Assembly: GCA_965205155.1 (NCBI GenBank)
Contig: OZ242033.1
Span: 84,688 to 148,687, forward strand
DNA: 64,000 nt
Direction: 5' to 3'
Origin: Candidatus Aldehydirespirator sp.
GTDB taxonomy: Bacteria > Actinomycetota > Acidimicrobiia > Acidimicrobiales > Aldehydirespiratoraceae
The translations under genes and the position numbers were made by a program. The notes under the pieces were generated by a model. That model did no database searches, was not told the DNA's origin, and saw only the letters and a list, made by a program, of their open reading frames with translations. This document shows positions 1 to 12,536 of the stretch, one piece after another (the first letter of the stretch is position 1; the number at the start of each line of letters is the position of its first letter).

Positions 1-344
1 AGGCGCTGACCGAGATCCCGGCGCTGCGGGAGGAGTTCAGGGCCAACGTGAAGGTGCTGGGGTCGGCCGACACCACCAACCAGTCGCTGGAGCAGGTCAA
101 CCGGGTGGACGACTTCATGGAGATGGCCGAGTTGAAGGTGCGCGACGCCCTGCACCGGGAGGAGTCCTGCGGCGGGCACTTCCGAGAGGAGCACCAGACC
201 CCCGAGGGCGAGGCCCTGAGGGACGACGAGAACTTCACCTATGTGGCCGCCTGGGACTGGCAGGGTCCGGACCGGCCCCAGGAGCTGGTCAAGGAGCCGC
301 TGGAGTTCGAGAACGTGAAGCTCACCCAGAGGAGCTACAAGTGA
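1..344 (+). CDS. sdhA: Succinate dehydrogenase/fumarate reductase flavoprotein subunit, C-terminal part (5' end outside the window)
   Basis: Open frame from base 3. C-terminal motifs [16 protein letters not shown] and LTQRSYK; overlaps the Fe-S subunit gene (GTGA). Confidence 0.9.
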   Translation, partial: ALTEIPALREEFRANVKVLGSADTTNQSLEQVNRVDDFMEMAELKVRDALHREESCGGHFREEHQTPEGEALRDDENFTYVAAWDWQGPDRPQELVKEPLEFENVKLTQRSYK

Positions 345-1162
345 GCGCCAGCAACGGGAGCTCAGGCAACGGGAGCTCAGGCAACGGGCACGGGGTCCGG
401 ATGCGGCTGAGGCTGCGGATCTGGCGCCAGGCCGGGCCCGACGAGCCGGGGAGCTTCCTGGACGTCGATGCGGCGGACATCCCGGAGGACTGCTCGTTCC
501 TGGAGATGCTCGACATCGTGAACGAGCGCCTGATCACCGACGACATCGAGCCGATCACGTTCGCCCACGACTGCCGGGAGGGCATCTGCGGCACGTGCGG
601 GGTGATGATCAACGGGCGTCCCCACGGCCCCGAGAAGGCCACCGCCACCTGCCAGCTGCACATGCGCAAGTTCCGCGACGGCGACGAGATCGTGATCGAG
701 CCGTTCCGGGCGGCGTCGTTCCCGGTGGTGAAGGACCTGATGGTGGACCGGCGGGCCTTCGACCGGATCATCGAGTCGGGCGGCTACATCTCGGCGCCCA
801 CCGGCACCGCCCCCGACGCCAACGAGATCCCGGTCCCCAAGGACGTGGCCGACTTCGCCATGGACGCGGCGGCCTGCATCGGCTGCGGGGCGTGCGTGGC
901 CGCCTGCCCCAACTCGGCGGCCCAGCTGTTCACCGCGGCCAAGCTCGGCCATCTGAACGTGCTGCCCCAGGGCCAGCCCGAGCGCTGGCGGCGGGCCGAG
1001 GCCATGGTGGAGACGATGGAGTCGTTCTTCGGGTCGTGCACCAACCACGGCGAGTGCACCGAGGCCTGCCCCAAGGAGATCAGCCTCGACTTCATCGCGG
1101 TGCTCAACCGGGACTACCTGAAGGCCAAGGTCAAGAACCGCCGCCTCGCCTCGCAGGCCTGA
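341..1162 (+). CDS. sdhB: Succinate dehydrogenase/fumarate reductase iron-sulfur subunit
   Basis: Cys clusters [25 protein letters not shown] and [12 protein letters not shown]. Confidence 0.93.
   Translation: MSASNGSSGNGSSGNGHGVRMRLRLRIWRQAGPDEPGSFLDVDAADIPEDCSFLEMLDIVNERLITDDIEPITFAHDCREGICGTCGVMINGRPHGPEKATATCQLHMRKFRDGDEIVIEPFRAASFPVVKDLMVDRRAFDRIIESGGYISAPTGTAPDANEIPVPKDVADFAMDAAACIGCGACVAACPNSAAQLFTAAKLGHLNVLPQGQPERWRRAEAMVETMESFFGSCTNHGECTEACPKEISLDFIAVLNRDYLKAKVKNRRLASQA
351..388 (+). repeat. 15-bp tandem repeat x2.5 (NGSSG) in the sdhB N-terminus
   Basis: gcaacgggagctcag at 351-365 and 366-380, partial copy 381-388. Confidence 0.9.
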
Positions 1163-1165
1163 CGG

Positions 1166-2080
1166 GTGCGGTCGGGGCGGCGACTGGCGCTCGGGCTGGC
1201 CCGGGGGGTGGCCATGGGCGCGGCCGACGTGGTGCCGGGCGTGTCGGGCGGAACCATCGCGGTGGTGCTCGGCATATACGAGCGGCTGCTGGGCGCGATC
1301 CGGGGTCTTGCCGGGGCGGCCGGGCGGCTGCTCCGGGGCGACTGGCGGGAGGCCGGGCGGCGGCTGGCCGGGGTGGACTGGTGGCTGATCGTGCCGCTGC
1401 TGGTCGGGATCCTGGGGACGATCCTGCTGCTGGCCTCGGTGATCGAGACCCAGCTGGAGGAGCGACCCGAGACGATGGCCGGCCTGTTCTGCGGTCTGGT
1501 GCTGGCCTCGGCGGTGTCGGCGTGCCGGCTGTTCGAGTGGCGGGGCGCGGTCCAGATCGTGTTGATGGCGGTGGCCGCGGTGGCCACGTTCGCCCTGCTG
1601 GGCCTGCAGTCGGGCCCGGTGGCCGACCCGTCGCTGCTGGTGCTGGCCGGGGCCGGGGCCATAGCGATATGCGCCATGATCCTCCCCGGCATCTCCGGGG
1701 CGTTCCTGCTGCTGATGCTGGGCATGTACGGGGCGGTGCTCAACATCGTCACCGATCTGCACTACCTCGAGGCGGCCGTGTTCCTGGCCGGGGCGGCGGT
1801 GGGGCTGGGCCTGTTCTCGTCGCTGCTGGGATGGCTGCTGGATCAGGGCCGCAACACGGTGATGGCCGTGCTGGTGGGGCTGATGTTCGGGTCGCTGCGG
1901 GTGCTGTGGCCGTGGCCCAACGGCGTGGGCGTTATCAGCCGCCACGAGCATGAGGTGATCTCCGGCACCGGCCTGGCCTGGCCCACCGCCGGCGAGTGGG
2001 CCGCCCCCACGGTGGCCGCCGTCGTGGGCTTCGCGGTGGTGCTGCTGATCACCCGCCTGGCCCAGACCGAACGGGGCTGA
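1166..2080 (+). CDS. DUF368 family membrane protein (undecaprenyl-phosphate translocase family)
   Basis: MGAADVVPGVSGGTIA and AMILPGISG signature repeats; multiple TM segments. Confidence 0.85.
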   Translation: MRSGRRLALGLARGVAMGAADVVPGVSGGTIAVVLGIYERLLGAIRGLAGAAGRLLRGDWREAGRRLAGVDWWLIVPLLVGILGTILLLASVIETQLEERPETMAGLFCGLVLASAVSACRLFEWRGAVQIVLMAVAAVATFALLGLQSGPVADPSLLVLAGAGAIAICAMILPGISGAFLLLMLGMYGAVLNIVTDLHYLEAAVFLAGAAVGLGLFSSLLGWLLDQGRNTVMAVLVGLMFGSLRVLWPWPNGVGVISRHEHEVISGTGLAWPTAGEWAAPTVAAVVGFAVVLLITRLAQTERG

Positions 2081-2107
2081 CCACCCGGCCCGCACCAACC
2101 CCCGGAA

Positions 2108-3154
2108 CTAGGCCTGCAACTCCTCGCGCACGATGGCTGCACCGCGGACCAGGGCCGAGAGCTTGGCCAGGGCGAGCTCTCTCGACATGTACTTCATCCC
2201 GCAGTCGGGGGCCACGACCAGGCGATCGGGGCTCACATGCTTCAGCGCGTCGCGGATCCGGTCCGCCACCACCTCCGGGGTCTCCGCTTCGTGATCGCCG
2301 TTGTCGATGACGCCGAGGATGATGGTCTTGTCGGGGAGCCTGCGGAGGATGTCCAGGTCGATCTTGGGCTGGGCCGCCTCTATGGAGATCTGGTCGACGA
2401 GGCTGCCGTTCAGCTCGGGCAGGAACGAGTACGCGTCCGGCTTGCCGATGCCCCTCCACTCGTGGATGGCCGCGTACCCGAAGCACATGTGCAGCGCAGT
2501 CGTGCCGTCCACCCCGTCGAGAGCCTCGTTGAGCACGTCCACGGCGTACTGGGAGGCCTTCTCGTGCTTGGCCTGCATGTACGGCTCGTCGAGCTGCACG
2601 ACGTCGGCGCCCGCCGCGAACAGGTCCTTGATCTCGGCGTTGACCGCCTGGGCGTAGTCCGACGCGGCCGCCCGCTCGTCGCCGTAGTAGTCGTCCTGGG
2701 CCTGCTGGGTCATGGTGAACGGCCCGGGCAGCGTGATCTTGATCTGGCGGGTGCTGTTGGCCCGCAGCAGCTCCACGTCGCGCACCTCGATCGGCGCGTC
2801 CCGGGTGATCCTGCCGACGATGCGGGGCACCGGATTGGGCTTGCCGGTCCGGTCCATGGCCGTGCCGTGCCGTTCGGTGTCGATGCCCCCCAGCGCGGTC
2901 GCCATCCGGTTGGAGTAGCTCTCGCGGCGGATCTCGCCGTCGGTGATGATGTCGAGGCCCACTTGCTCCATGTCGTGGATGGCCAGGAGGGTGGCATCGT
3001 CCTGGGCCTGCTCGAGGAACTCGGGAGCGACCCGCCAGATCTCCTTGGCTCTGACCCTCGGCGGCAGGCGAGTCCCAAGGTTGGAGCGGTCGATCAGCCA
3101 GTCGGGCTGGGGATAGCTCCCCACCACCGACGTGGGCAGCAGTTTCCCGGTCAT
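2108..3154 (-). CDS. Cobalamin-independent methionine synthase II family protein (C-terminal-domain-only MetE-like)
   Basis: TSVVGSYP, ITDGEIRRES, Zn ligands LHMCFG, ISIE and PDCG. Start assumed at ATG 3154 (ORF extends to 3190). Confidence 0.8.
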   Translation of the reverse strand: MTGKLLPTSVVGSYPQPDWLIDRSNLGTRLPPRVRAKEIWRVAPEFLEQAQDDATLLAIHDMEQVGLDIITDGEIRRESYSNRMATALGGIDTERHGTAMDRTGKPNPVPRIVGRITRDAPIEVRDVELLRANSTRQIKITLPGPFTMTQQAQDDYYGDERAAASDYAQAVNAEIKDLFAAGADVVQLDEPYMQAKHEKASQYAVDVLNEALDGVDGTTALHMCFGYAAIHEWRGIGKPDAYSFLPELNGSLVDQISIEAAQPKIDLDILRRLPDKTIILGVIDNGDHEAETPEVVADRIRDALKHVSPDRLVVAPDCGMKYMSRELALAKLSALVRGAAIVREELQA

Positions 3155-3176
3155 GGTCCGCACCTTCCGCTTGGAT

Positions 3177-3827
3177 TCACTTGCCGGCACCGTCGCGCAG
3201 GTGCCTCAGGACCAGGTTCTTGCCCGCCCTGATGTGCTCCCCCATCAGGTCGGCGGCCCGCTTGCCGTCGCCGGCCGACAGGGCTTCCATGATGGCGGCG
3301 TGGTCGCGCCGTGACTGCGGCAGCCGGCCCGGCACCACCCAGGTGGCCGAGCGGGGGTCGTTCCACAGCCTCCGGATGAAGTCCATGAGATGGGGGATGT
3401 TCTGGGCCGCGGCGTAGATGGTCATGTGCCAGGCCTCGTTGAGGTGCATGGCATCGGCATGGTCGTTGCGGTCGATGGCGGCCCGGTTGGCCTCAGCCAG
3501 CCGCTCGAGCTCGGCAATGTCGACCGCCGTCAGGTGGTCGGCCGCGATCAGCGTGGCCATGGTCTCCAGCAGCTCCCGCAGGTCGTAGAGGTCGGCGGTC
3601 TCCTCGGGGGAGAAGTCGGCGACCCGCACCCCCCGGTGGGGCTCGTTGACGACGAACCCTTCGGCCTGGAGCTGGCGCAGAGCCTCCCGGATGGGGGTGG
3701 CGCTCATCTGGAGCACGTCCCCGAGCGCGTCGATGTCGATGCGCTCCCGGGGCTTCATCACCCCGGCACGGATGTCGTCGCGCAACTTGGCCGCAGCCAG
3801 CTCGGACTTGGTCCGGTATGCCTCCAT
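3177..3827 (-). CDS. GntR family (FCD) transcriptional regulator
   Basis: wHTH MSATPIREALRQLQAEGFV...PHRGVRV plus FCD-type C-terminus. Start at ATG 3827. Confidence 0.85.
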   Translation of the reverse strand: MEAYRTKSELAAAKLRDDIRAGVMKPRERIDIDALGDVLQMSATPIREALRQLQAEGFVVNEPHRGVRVADFSPEETADLYDLRELLETMATLIAADHLTAVDIAELERLAEANRAAIDRNDHADAMHLNEAWHMTIYAAAQNIPHLMDFIRRLWNDPRSATWVVPGRLPQSRRDHAAIMEALSAGDGKRAADLMGEHIRAGKNLVLRHLRDGAGK

Positions 3828-3835
3828 CGCGGCGG

Positions 3836-4690
3836 CTACACCCGGGGTGTGTACTCGTCGCCGGCCAGCACAGCCCTGACGAAGTCGCGGAACTGGATCG
3901 TCTCCATGGTGTTCTCGGTGCGGTTGCAGTCCCAGACGTCGATCCACACGTACTCGATGGAGAAGTAGGCGTCATAGCCCTGGGCCATGAGCCGCTCGAG
4001 GACGCCCCGGTAGTCGATGGTGTTCTCCTGGAAGTTCACCTGCATCCGGCCGGGGGCCGCGCCCCGGCATTGGAAGTGGGCGGCGTGCTCCAGCAGGGGA
4101 TGGACGTCCGACTCGGGAATGTCCTGGTAGACGAAATGGCAGTAGTCGATGGTGAGCTTCAGGCCGGGCACCGCGTCCACCAGCTCCAGCGCCATCTCGG
4201 GGGTCGGCGTGTTGCTGTTGACGCTGGCCTCCACCCGGACCTCGATGTCGTGGGCGGCCGCGGCCTCCACCCTGCGGGTCAACTCGGCCGCGGACAGCCG
4301 CATGGAGTCCGCCGTCGACTGCCCCTCGATCGGGATCCCGCCGTTCATGGTCATGCCGGGCGCGCCGATGCGCCGGGCGAACTCGAGGAAGGCCTCGTAG
4401 CCGCCGTCGCGCTGGGCACGGTCGGGATGGTTGGCGGCCAGGTCGGTCAGATTGAACGACGGCACGAAGAACACGTCGGCTGCTTCCAGCCCGGCGGTGG
4501 CGAGCCGCTCGCCGATGACGCCCGACCATCCGGCCACGTCCTGGCGCACCATCCCGGGCTGGACTTGGGTGCGACCCTCCATCAGGCCCAGATCGATGCC
4601 GTCGAACCCGAGCATCGCGATGTGGCGGACCACGTCGGTGTGGGTCATCAGCGGCCAGGTGAAGTCGGCGCACCCCAGTTTCATGGTCAC
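3836..4690 (-). CDS. Sugar phosphate isomerase/epimerase (xylose-isomerase-like TIM barrel)
   Basis: Metal-ligand pattern RVEA, IDYCH, HFQ, SIEY; paralog of 18980-19849. Confidence 0.8.
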   Translation of the reverse strand: MTMKLGCADFTWPLMTHTDVVRHIAMLGFDGIDLGLMEGRTQVQPGMVRQDVAGWSGVIGERLATAGLEAADVFFVPSFNLTDLAANHPDRAQRDGGYEAFLEFARRIGAPGMTMNGGIPIEGQSTADSMRLSAAELTRRVEAAAAHDIEVRVEASVNSNTPTPEMALELVDAVPGLKLTIDYCHFVYQDIPESDVHPLLEHAAHFQCRGAAPGRMQVNFQENTIDYRGVLERLMAQGYDAYFSIEYVWIDVWDCNRTENTMETIQFRDFVRAVLAGDEYTPRV

Positions 4691-4738
4691 GGCTCCGTCC
4701 TTGCTTCGTGGCGTCTATGGTGCCGCGGGGAGGTCCGC

Positions 4739-5031
4739 ATGCAACGAGTATGTCTCACATTTCGGCTCGTGTCCGGTCGTGAGGACGAGTACCGGCGTCG
4801 CCACGCGACGGTATGGCCCGAGTTGGAGGAGGCCATCAGGGCCGAGGGCTTCACCAGCAGCGTCGTGTACGTCGCGGCGGACACGGTCGTGGTGCTGGTC
4901 GAGCATCCGTCCGACGTCGACGGTGCTCTGGAGCGCCTGGGCACCACCGACGTGAATGCCCGCTGGTCGGAGTACTTCGCCGATGTGATGGCCACCGAGC
5001 CGGTCCAGGCCGAGGAGGTGTGGCGCCTGAG

Positions 5032-5035
<4 letters not shown>
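4739..5035 (+). CDS. L-rhamnose mutarotase-like protein
   Basis: EDEYRRRHATVWPELEEAI motif typical of the RhaM/YiiL family; NARWSEYF; GGGAGG RBS before ATG 4739. Confidence 0.75.
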
Positions 5036-7706
<2,671 letters not shown>

Positions 7707-7710
<4 letters not shown>

Positions 7711-9074
7711 CCGTCCAGGAGCCGGGCAGCCAGGACGCCTTCGGGGTCCAGCGCCCGCTTGATGGACTGGTGGAGGCGGCCCTCGGGCGACCCGGTGTAG
7801 CGGGCGCTGCGGATCGCCCCGATGCCGTGGTGGTGGCCGATAGTGCCGCCGTGGGCGGCGGCCAGGTCGAGCACACGGGCCCACACGGCCTCGCCGGCGG
7901 CGCAGGCGGAGTCGTCGTCGGAGCCGTCGATCCAGAACGCGAGGTACAGGCCGGTGCCGGTGGGGTAGATGTGCGACGAGTGCATCCAGAGCCGATCGGC
8001 CAAGTTCCCTACGTCGGCTTGGAGCGCGGAGGCCAGCGAGGCGGCCGACCGCCACGGCACGCCCACCTCGATGGTGTCGAAGAACGATCCGGCATCCCGG
8101 TTGAGGTCCCGGATCAGCTCCGGCCCGGCATGGCGGTTGTCCCACCAGCGGTCGGCGGCGGCGGAGGAGAGGACGGCCACGCCGGCCGCGCCGATCACAC
8201 CGGCCGCGGCCCGGTGGGCGACGTCGGTGACGTCCGGCTCGCCCACGAGCGACAGCACCAGCAGGCATGCGCCGGCAGGGTCGTGGGCGTCGTCCAGGAT
8301 GGCGGCGGTCTCGGCCGGGTTGAGCAGGCGGGCCACGCCGACGGGCAGCGCCCGCTGGATGAGCTCCCGCTGGACCTCCAGGCCGGTGGCGAAGTCGGGT
8401 ACCAGGCCGTTGAGCCGGATCTCGGGCATGAGCCGGGCTACTGCCATCGAGACAGCCGTGACCACGGCCAGGCTGCCCTCGGCACCGCAGAGCAGTTGCA
8501 GGGCGTCGAGGCCTCCGGGCGAGCGGGGCCGCACCGGAATCCTGAACGCGTCGCCGCTGGGAAGCACCCCCTCGAGGCCGCGCACCATCTGCTCCACCCC
8601 GCCGAACCTCGCCGAGGCCGTGCCGGTGGCCCTGGTCGCGATCCAGCCGCCGACGGTCGAGTGTTCCAGGGACTGCGGGTCGTGCCCGAGGGTGAACCCC
8701 CGGTCGTTCAGGTAGCCCTCGAGGACCCCTCCGAGAACCCCGGCCTCGGCGGTGACCACCTGCGAGGCCGCGTCGAGGTCGACGATGCGGTCCATGGCGA
8801 GACGCAGCACCACGTCAGGGGTGCCGTCGAGACAGCCCACGACGTTGGTGCGGGCGCCCTCGACCTGCACGGTCGCGCCGGCGGCCGCCGCGGCACGGAG
8901 CACCGAGCCGACGGTCTCCGCCGACTTGGCCGAGACGACTGCGGCGGGATCGGGGCGAACCGGGCGGCACTTCAGGCCCATCGGCCAGGTGTCGGCCGGG
9001 TTGTTGCGGTCGGGCCCTTCGATCTCTCCGGCCGGCACCCCCGCCCGGATCAGCGCCTCGACCGTGACACTCAC
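7707..9074 (-). CDS. FAD-binding oxidoreductase (VAO/PCMH family; GlcD/alkylglycerone-phosphate synthase-like)
   Basis: HDPQSLEHSTVGGWIATRATG, GAEGSLAVVT and C-terminal GHHHGIG...ALDP. Confidence 0.85.
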
Positions 9075-9140
9075 CTGGTAGTCCTCCCCCGTCTTGCCGG
9101 CCGCCCGGGCCGGACGCCACAGCCTACGTCGCGACGGCCC

Positions 9141-9190
9141 CAGGCTTGAGAGGCGCGATCGGCCGCAGGCTTGAGAGGCGCGATCGGCCG
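9141..9190. repeat. 25-bp perfect tandem duplication in a divergent intergenic region
   Basis: caggcttgagaggcgcgatcggccg at 9141-9165 and 9166-9190. Confidence 0.95.
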
Positions 9191-9276
9191 CTTTGTGGCA
9201 CGATCACCCAACCGGCACCTGCGATCCCAGGTCCGGGACGCCACTGCGCAGGGCCGAGAACTCGGAGGGTGACATC

Positions 9277-10356
9277 GTGAAGCTGCGGCTGGGAGTGATC
9301 GGAGCAGGTGCCTGGACGGTGGCATCCCACTTGCCCAACCTCCGACGTCGAGCGGACGAGATCGACTTCGTGGCAGTCAACAGTCTCGACCCGGAGCGCC
9401 TGGAGTCGATCCGGGAGCGATATGGATTCCAGGTCGCCTCCACCGACTACCGCGAGGCGCTGGCGGCCGGTGTCGACATCTGTGTGGTCGCCAGTCCCGC
9501 CCGCTGGCATCATGAGCATGCACGGGCCGCTCTGGACGCCGGCGCCCACGTTCTCGTGGAGAAGCCGTTCACGATAGATCCGGCCCACGCCTGGGACCTG
9601 GCGAACACTGCGGAACGGCTGGGCCTTCACTTGCTGGTGTCGTTCGGCGCCAACTACCAGCCGATGATTCGCGGAGCCAAGCAACTGATGACGACCGGCG
9701 GCGGGATCGGCGAGGTCGAGCACGTCATGATCCATATGGCCTCGGCGATCCGTGAGGCCTTCCTGGGCCACCCCCGCCCGTACGCGCTCGACGAGCTTCC
9801 CGCAGGAGCGCCCGAACTGCACCCCGATCCCGACACGTCGGCGACACCGGAACTCGCCGGCGGCGGCTACGCCCAGGCGCAGCTGTCCCATGCGATCGGT
9901 CTGGCTCTCTGGCTGACCGGCCTTCGCGGCCGCGAGGTCTATGGCGTGACATGGCGCCCATCGGCGGACGTGCCGGTGGAGTTCCATGACGCCGCGGTCA
10001 TCGTGTTCGAGAACGGAGCCATCGGCACGGTGTCCGGCGGCTCCTGCCACATGGGAGCAGGCAACGACAAGCACCAGCAGGAGGTCCGGTTGATCGGCTC
10101 GGAGGGACAGCTCCACGTGGACGTGGAGCGAGAGATCGTGTGGCGCTATCGAGGCCCCGACAGTGACATCCGGCTGCCCGTCGAGACGGGTGACGGGCTG
10201 TACAACTGCCGCGGCCCGATCGACGCTCTCGTCGATCTTGCCGCCGGCCGGGATGTGCCCAACGAGTCGCCGGGCGAACTCGGCGCGCGGGTCGTCGAGA
10301 TCATCGATGGCCTGTACAGGAGCGCGAGATCACACACTCCCGTGGCGGTGCCGTAG
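9277..10356 (+). CDS. Gfo/Idh/MocA family oxidoreductase
   Basis: GVIGAG Rossmann motif and HVLVEKP; GGAGG RBS before GTG 9277; paralog of 31525-32628. Confidence 0.88.
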   Translation: MKLRLGVIGAGAWTVASHLPNLRRRADEIDFVAVNSLDPERLESIRERYGFQVASTDYREALAAGVDICVVASPARWHHEHARAALDAGAHVLVEKPFTIDPAHAWDLANTAERLGLHLLVSFGANYQPMIRGAKQLMTTGGGIGEVEHVMIHMASAIREAFLGHPRPYALDELPAGAPELHPDPDTSATPELAGGGYAQAQLSHAIGLALWLTGLRGREVYGVTWRPSADVPVEFHDAAVIVFENGAIGTVSGGSCHMGAGNDKHQQEVRLIGSEGQLHVDVEREIVWRYRGPDSDIRLPVETGDGLYNCRGPIDALVDLAAGRDVPNESPGELGARVVEIIDGLYRSARSHTPVAVP

Positions 10357-10368
10357 AGCCTCGAGCCG

Positions 10369-11154
10369 TCAACCAGTTGCTCTCCGCTCGAGGGAGAGGA
10401 TGTATGAGGACGTGCTGCCGCCGTCCGCCATGATTACAGCCCCGGTCAAGAAGGATGACTCGTCGCTGGCAAGGTGCAGGATCGTGTGGGCGATCTCGCC
10501 GGGCTCGGCCCACCGGTTGAACAGGTTCATGTTGTGGTACTCCTTCATGGCGTCTTCGGAGACGCCCGCCATCATCGGGGTGTCCACCAGCCCGGGACAG
10601 ATCACGTTCACCCGGATTCCATCGGAGGCATGGTCCGCGGCCATGCACCGCGCCAACCCGATGACCCCGTGCTTTGAAGCGTTGTAGGCTGCCTGCCCCA
10701 TCTGCCCGGTGACGCCCGAGACCGAGGAGACACAGACGATCTTGCCGTGCTGCTGGCGCACCATTGCCGGCAGGACATACTTCGAGCACAGGAACATCCC
10801 CTTGAGGTTGACATCGAGGATTGAATCCCACTGCTGCTCGGACAGATCGAGAACGCTGCCCATTCCCCGTACGCCCGCGTTGTTCACAAGGATGTCGATC
10901 CGCCCGTAACGCTCGAGCGCAGAGGCGGCCAGGCTCTTGGCGCTCTCGGCCTTGGTCACATCGGTCGTCGCCGCCACTGCCTCGCCGTCCTGCGACCTGA
11001 TCAATTCGACCGTCCCGGCGGCGCCGTCCGGGTCCTTGTCGGCCACGACCACCTTGGCACCCTCGGCCGCGAAGAGCGCTGCGGTTGCCCGACCCAACCC
11101 GCTGCCGGCCCCCGTGATGATCGCCACCCTCTCATCCAGGCGTTTCAATGGCAT
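10369..11154 (-). CDS. SDR family NAD(P)-dependent oxidoreductase
   Basis: TGAGSGLG, NNAG, YNASK and VNVICPG. Confidence 0.93.
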   Translation of the reverse strand: MPLKRLDERVAIITGAGSGLGRATAALFAAEGAKVVVADKDPDGAAGTVELIRSQDGEAVAATTDVTKAESAKSLAASALERYGRIDILVNNAGVRGMGSVLDLSEQQWDSILDVNLKGMFLCSKYVLPAMVRQQHGKIVCVSSVSGVTGQMGQAAYNASKHGVIGLARCMAADHASDGIRVNVICPGLVDTPMMAGVSEDAMKEYHNMNLFNRWAEPGEIAHTILHLASDESSFLTGAVIMADGGSTSSYILSLERRATG

Positions 11155-11225
11155 TGGACCTCACCCCCCGCAGGTCACGGACCGTCGGACGCTCAACTGA
11201 TTGCCCTGCGGATGCGGCATGTCAG

Positions 11226-12491
11226 CTACCTGAGTCGCACCGGGAGCGACTGCAGCGCGCCAAGGCTGGTGGCATAGCCCAGATGGGTGCCCCAGGACAC
11301 GGCCTCCTCGGTGAGTTCAGCGTCGGGAAACCGCCGTAGGAATGTGTTGACCGCAATCGCCGTCTCGAGCCGGGCCAGCGCCGCTCCAAGACAGAGATGG
11401 ACGCCGTGGCCGAAGGCCAGGTGCCGGATGTTCTGCCGTTCGATGTCGAACGAGTCCGGATCTGTGAACTGAGCTGAGTCGTGGTTGGCCGCGCCCAAGA
11501 CCATGTGGACGGCATCCCCCCCTCGAACGGGACACCCTCCGACTTCGACGTCGTCGGGGGCGACACGCCAGGCTCTCTGCACCGAGGTGTCGTACCTCAG
11601 GAACTCCTCCACCGCGTTGTCGATCAGCTCGGGGTGATCGCGCAGTCTCCGCAACTGGTCAGGATGCCGGAAGAGTGCCAGGAATGCCTTGCCTATGAGA
11701 CCGCTGGTTGACGCGTGCCCCGCCGTATAGAGCGTCACGCAGTTTGCCAGCACCTCCTCCGCAGTCAGTACTCCCACCGGCTCCGAGTTCGCAACCAGCC
11801 AACTGATCAGATCCTCTTGCGGCTGCCGGCGTCTCCTGGCGATCAGGCCGCTCAGGTAGCTGCGCATCTCAACGAGAGCCTGACGACCTGCTTCCATGAC
11901 ATCGGTCGTTACCCGACCGGTTGAGAACACCGCGATGATCTGGTCGGTCCAGGGGATGAACTGGGCCCGATCCGGCGGGGGGACGCCGAGCATGTTGCCC
12001 ATCACGTGAACCGGGAAGGGCTTCGCATACTGGGCCATGAGGTCGAACTCGTCGCCCTCCGCGGCGTCGAGGAACGAATCGGCGAGCTGCTCGATGTCGG
12101 CTCTCAGGGCCTCGGCGGCTGCCGTCGAGAACGGATCCTGCAGCAGGGTCCTGAGCGTCTTGTGCCGTGATCCCTCCATGAACGGCAGCGTGGACTCGTA
12201 GTGGTCCGAGAACTGGGCCGCGGCGGCCCGTCCCTCGTCGGGGAGTTGGGAGAGAAATGCGGGCATGCGCCCATGGGCCGACAGCCGCGGTTCTCTCATT
12301 GCCGACCGGACATCGGCGTAGCGCGTCACGATCCACCCGTTGAGGGCCTCGCTCCACGCCATCGGCGGCTCGCGCCGCAGCCGGGCGTAGATCGGATACG
12401 GGTCCACCAAGTACTCAGGGGACAGGAGTGCGGCGTCCGCATCTGGAGTCACACGGGGACAACGGGCCCCGGCGCCTCCTGATTCAGACAT
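11226..12491 (-). CDS. Cytochrome P450
   Basis: Heme motif HLAFGHGVHLCLG, ExxR (EEFLR), I-helix AGHAST. Confidence 0.93.
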   Translation of the reverse strand: MSESGGAGARCPRVTPDADAALLSPEYLVDPYPIYARLRREPPMAWSEALNGWIVTRYADVRSAMREPRLSAHGRMPAFLSQLPDEGRAAAAQFSDHYESTLPFMEGSRHKTLRTLLQDPFSTAAAEALRADIEQLADSFLDAAEGDEFDLMAQYAKPFPVHVMGNMLGVPPPDRAQFIPWTDQIIAVFSTGRVTTDVMEAGRQALVEMRSYLSGLIARRRRQPQEDLISWLVANSEPVGVLTAEEVLANCVTLYTAGHASTSGLIGKAFLALFRHPDQLRRLRDHPELIDNAVEEFLRYDTSVQRAWRVAPDDVEVGGCPVRGGDAVHMVLGAANHDSAQFTDPDSFDIERQNIRHLAFGHGVHLCLGAALARLETAIAVNTFLRRFPDAELTEEAVSWGTHLGYATSLGALQSLPVRLR

Positions 12492-12536
12492 TGCTCCTCC
12501 CGCCGGCCCCTCCTGCCGCGACCCCGACTATAGCGC

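Noticed and set aside
1166-2080. Functional link between DUF368 and the sdh operon
   Set aside because: Adjacency alone; nothing in the sequence supports a shared function.
377-2098. Long antisense or alternate-frame ORFs (e.g. 377-2098, 5836-7800, 20091-23468, 35836-37929, 41886-44486, 48014-52087, 57395-59491)
   Set aside because: They shadow well-supported genes, are low-complexity R/G/P/A-rich and carry no family motifs; expected in high-GC DNA.
10399-10409. GATGTATGAGG, identical to the left half of the 34998 operator
   Set aside because: Half-site only, inside the SDR coding 3' end; likely chance.
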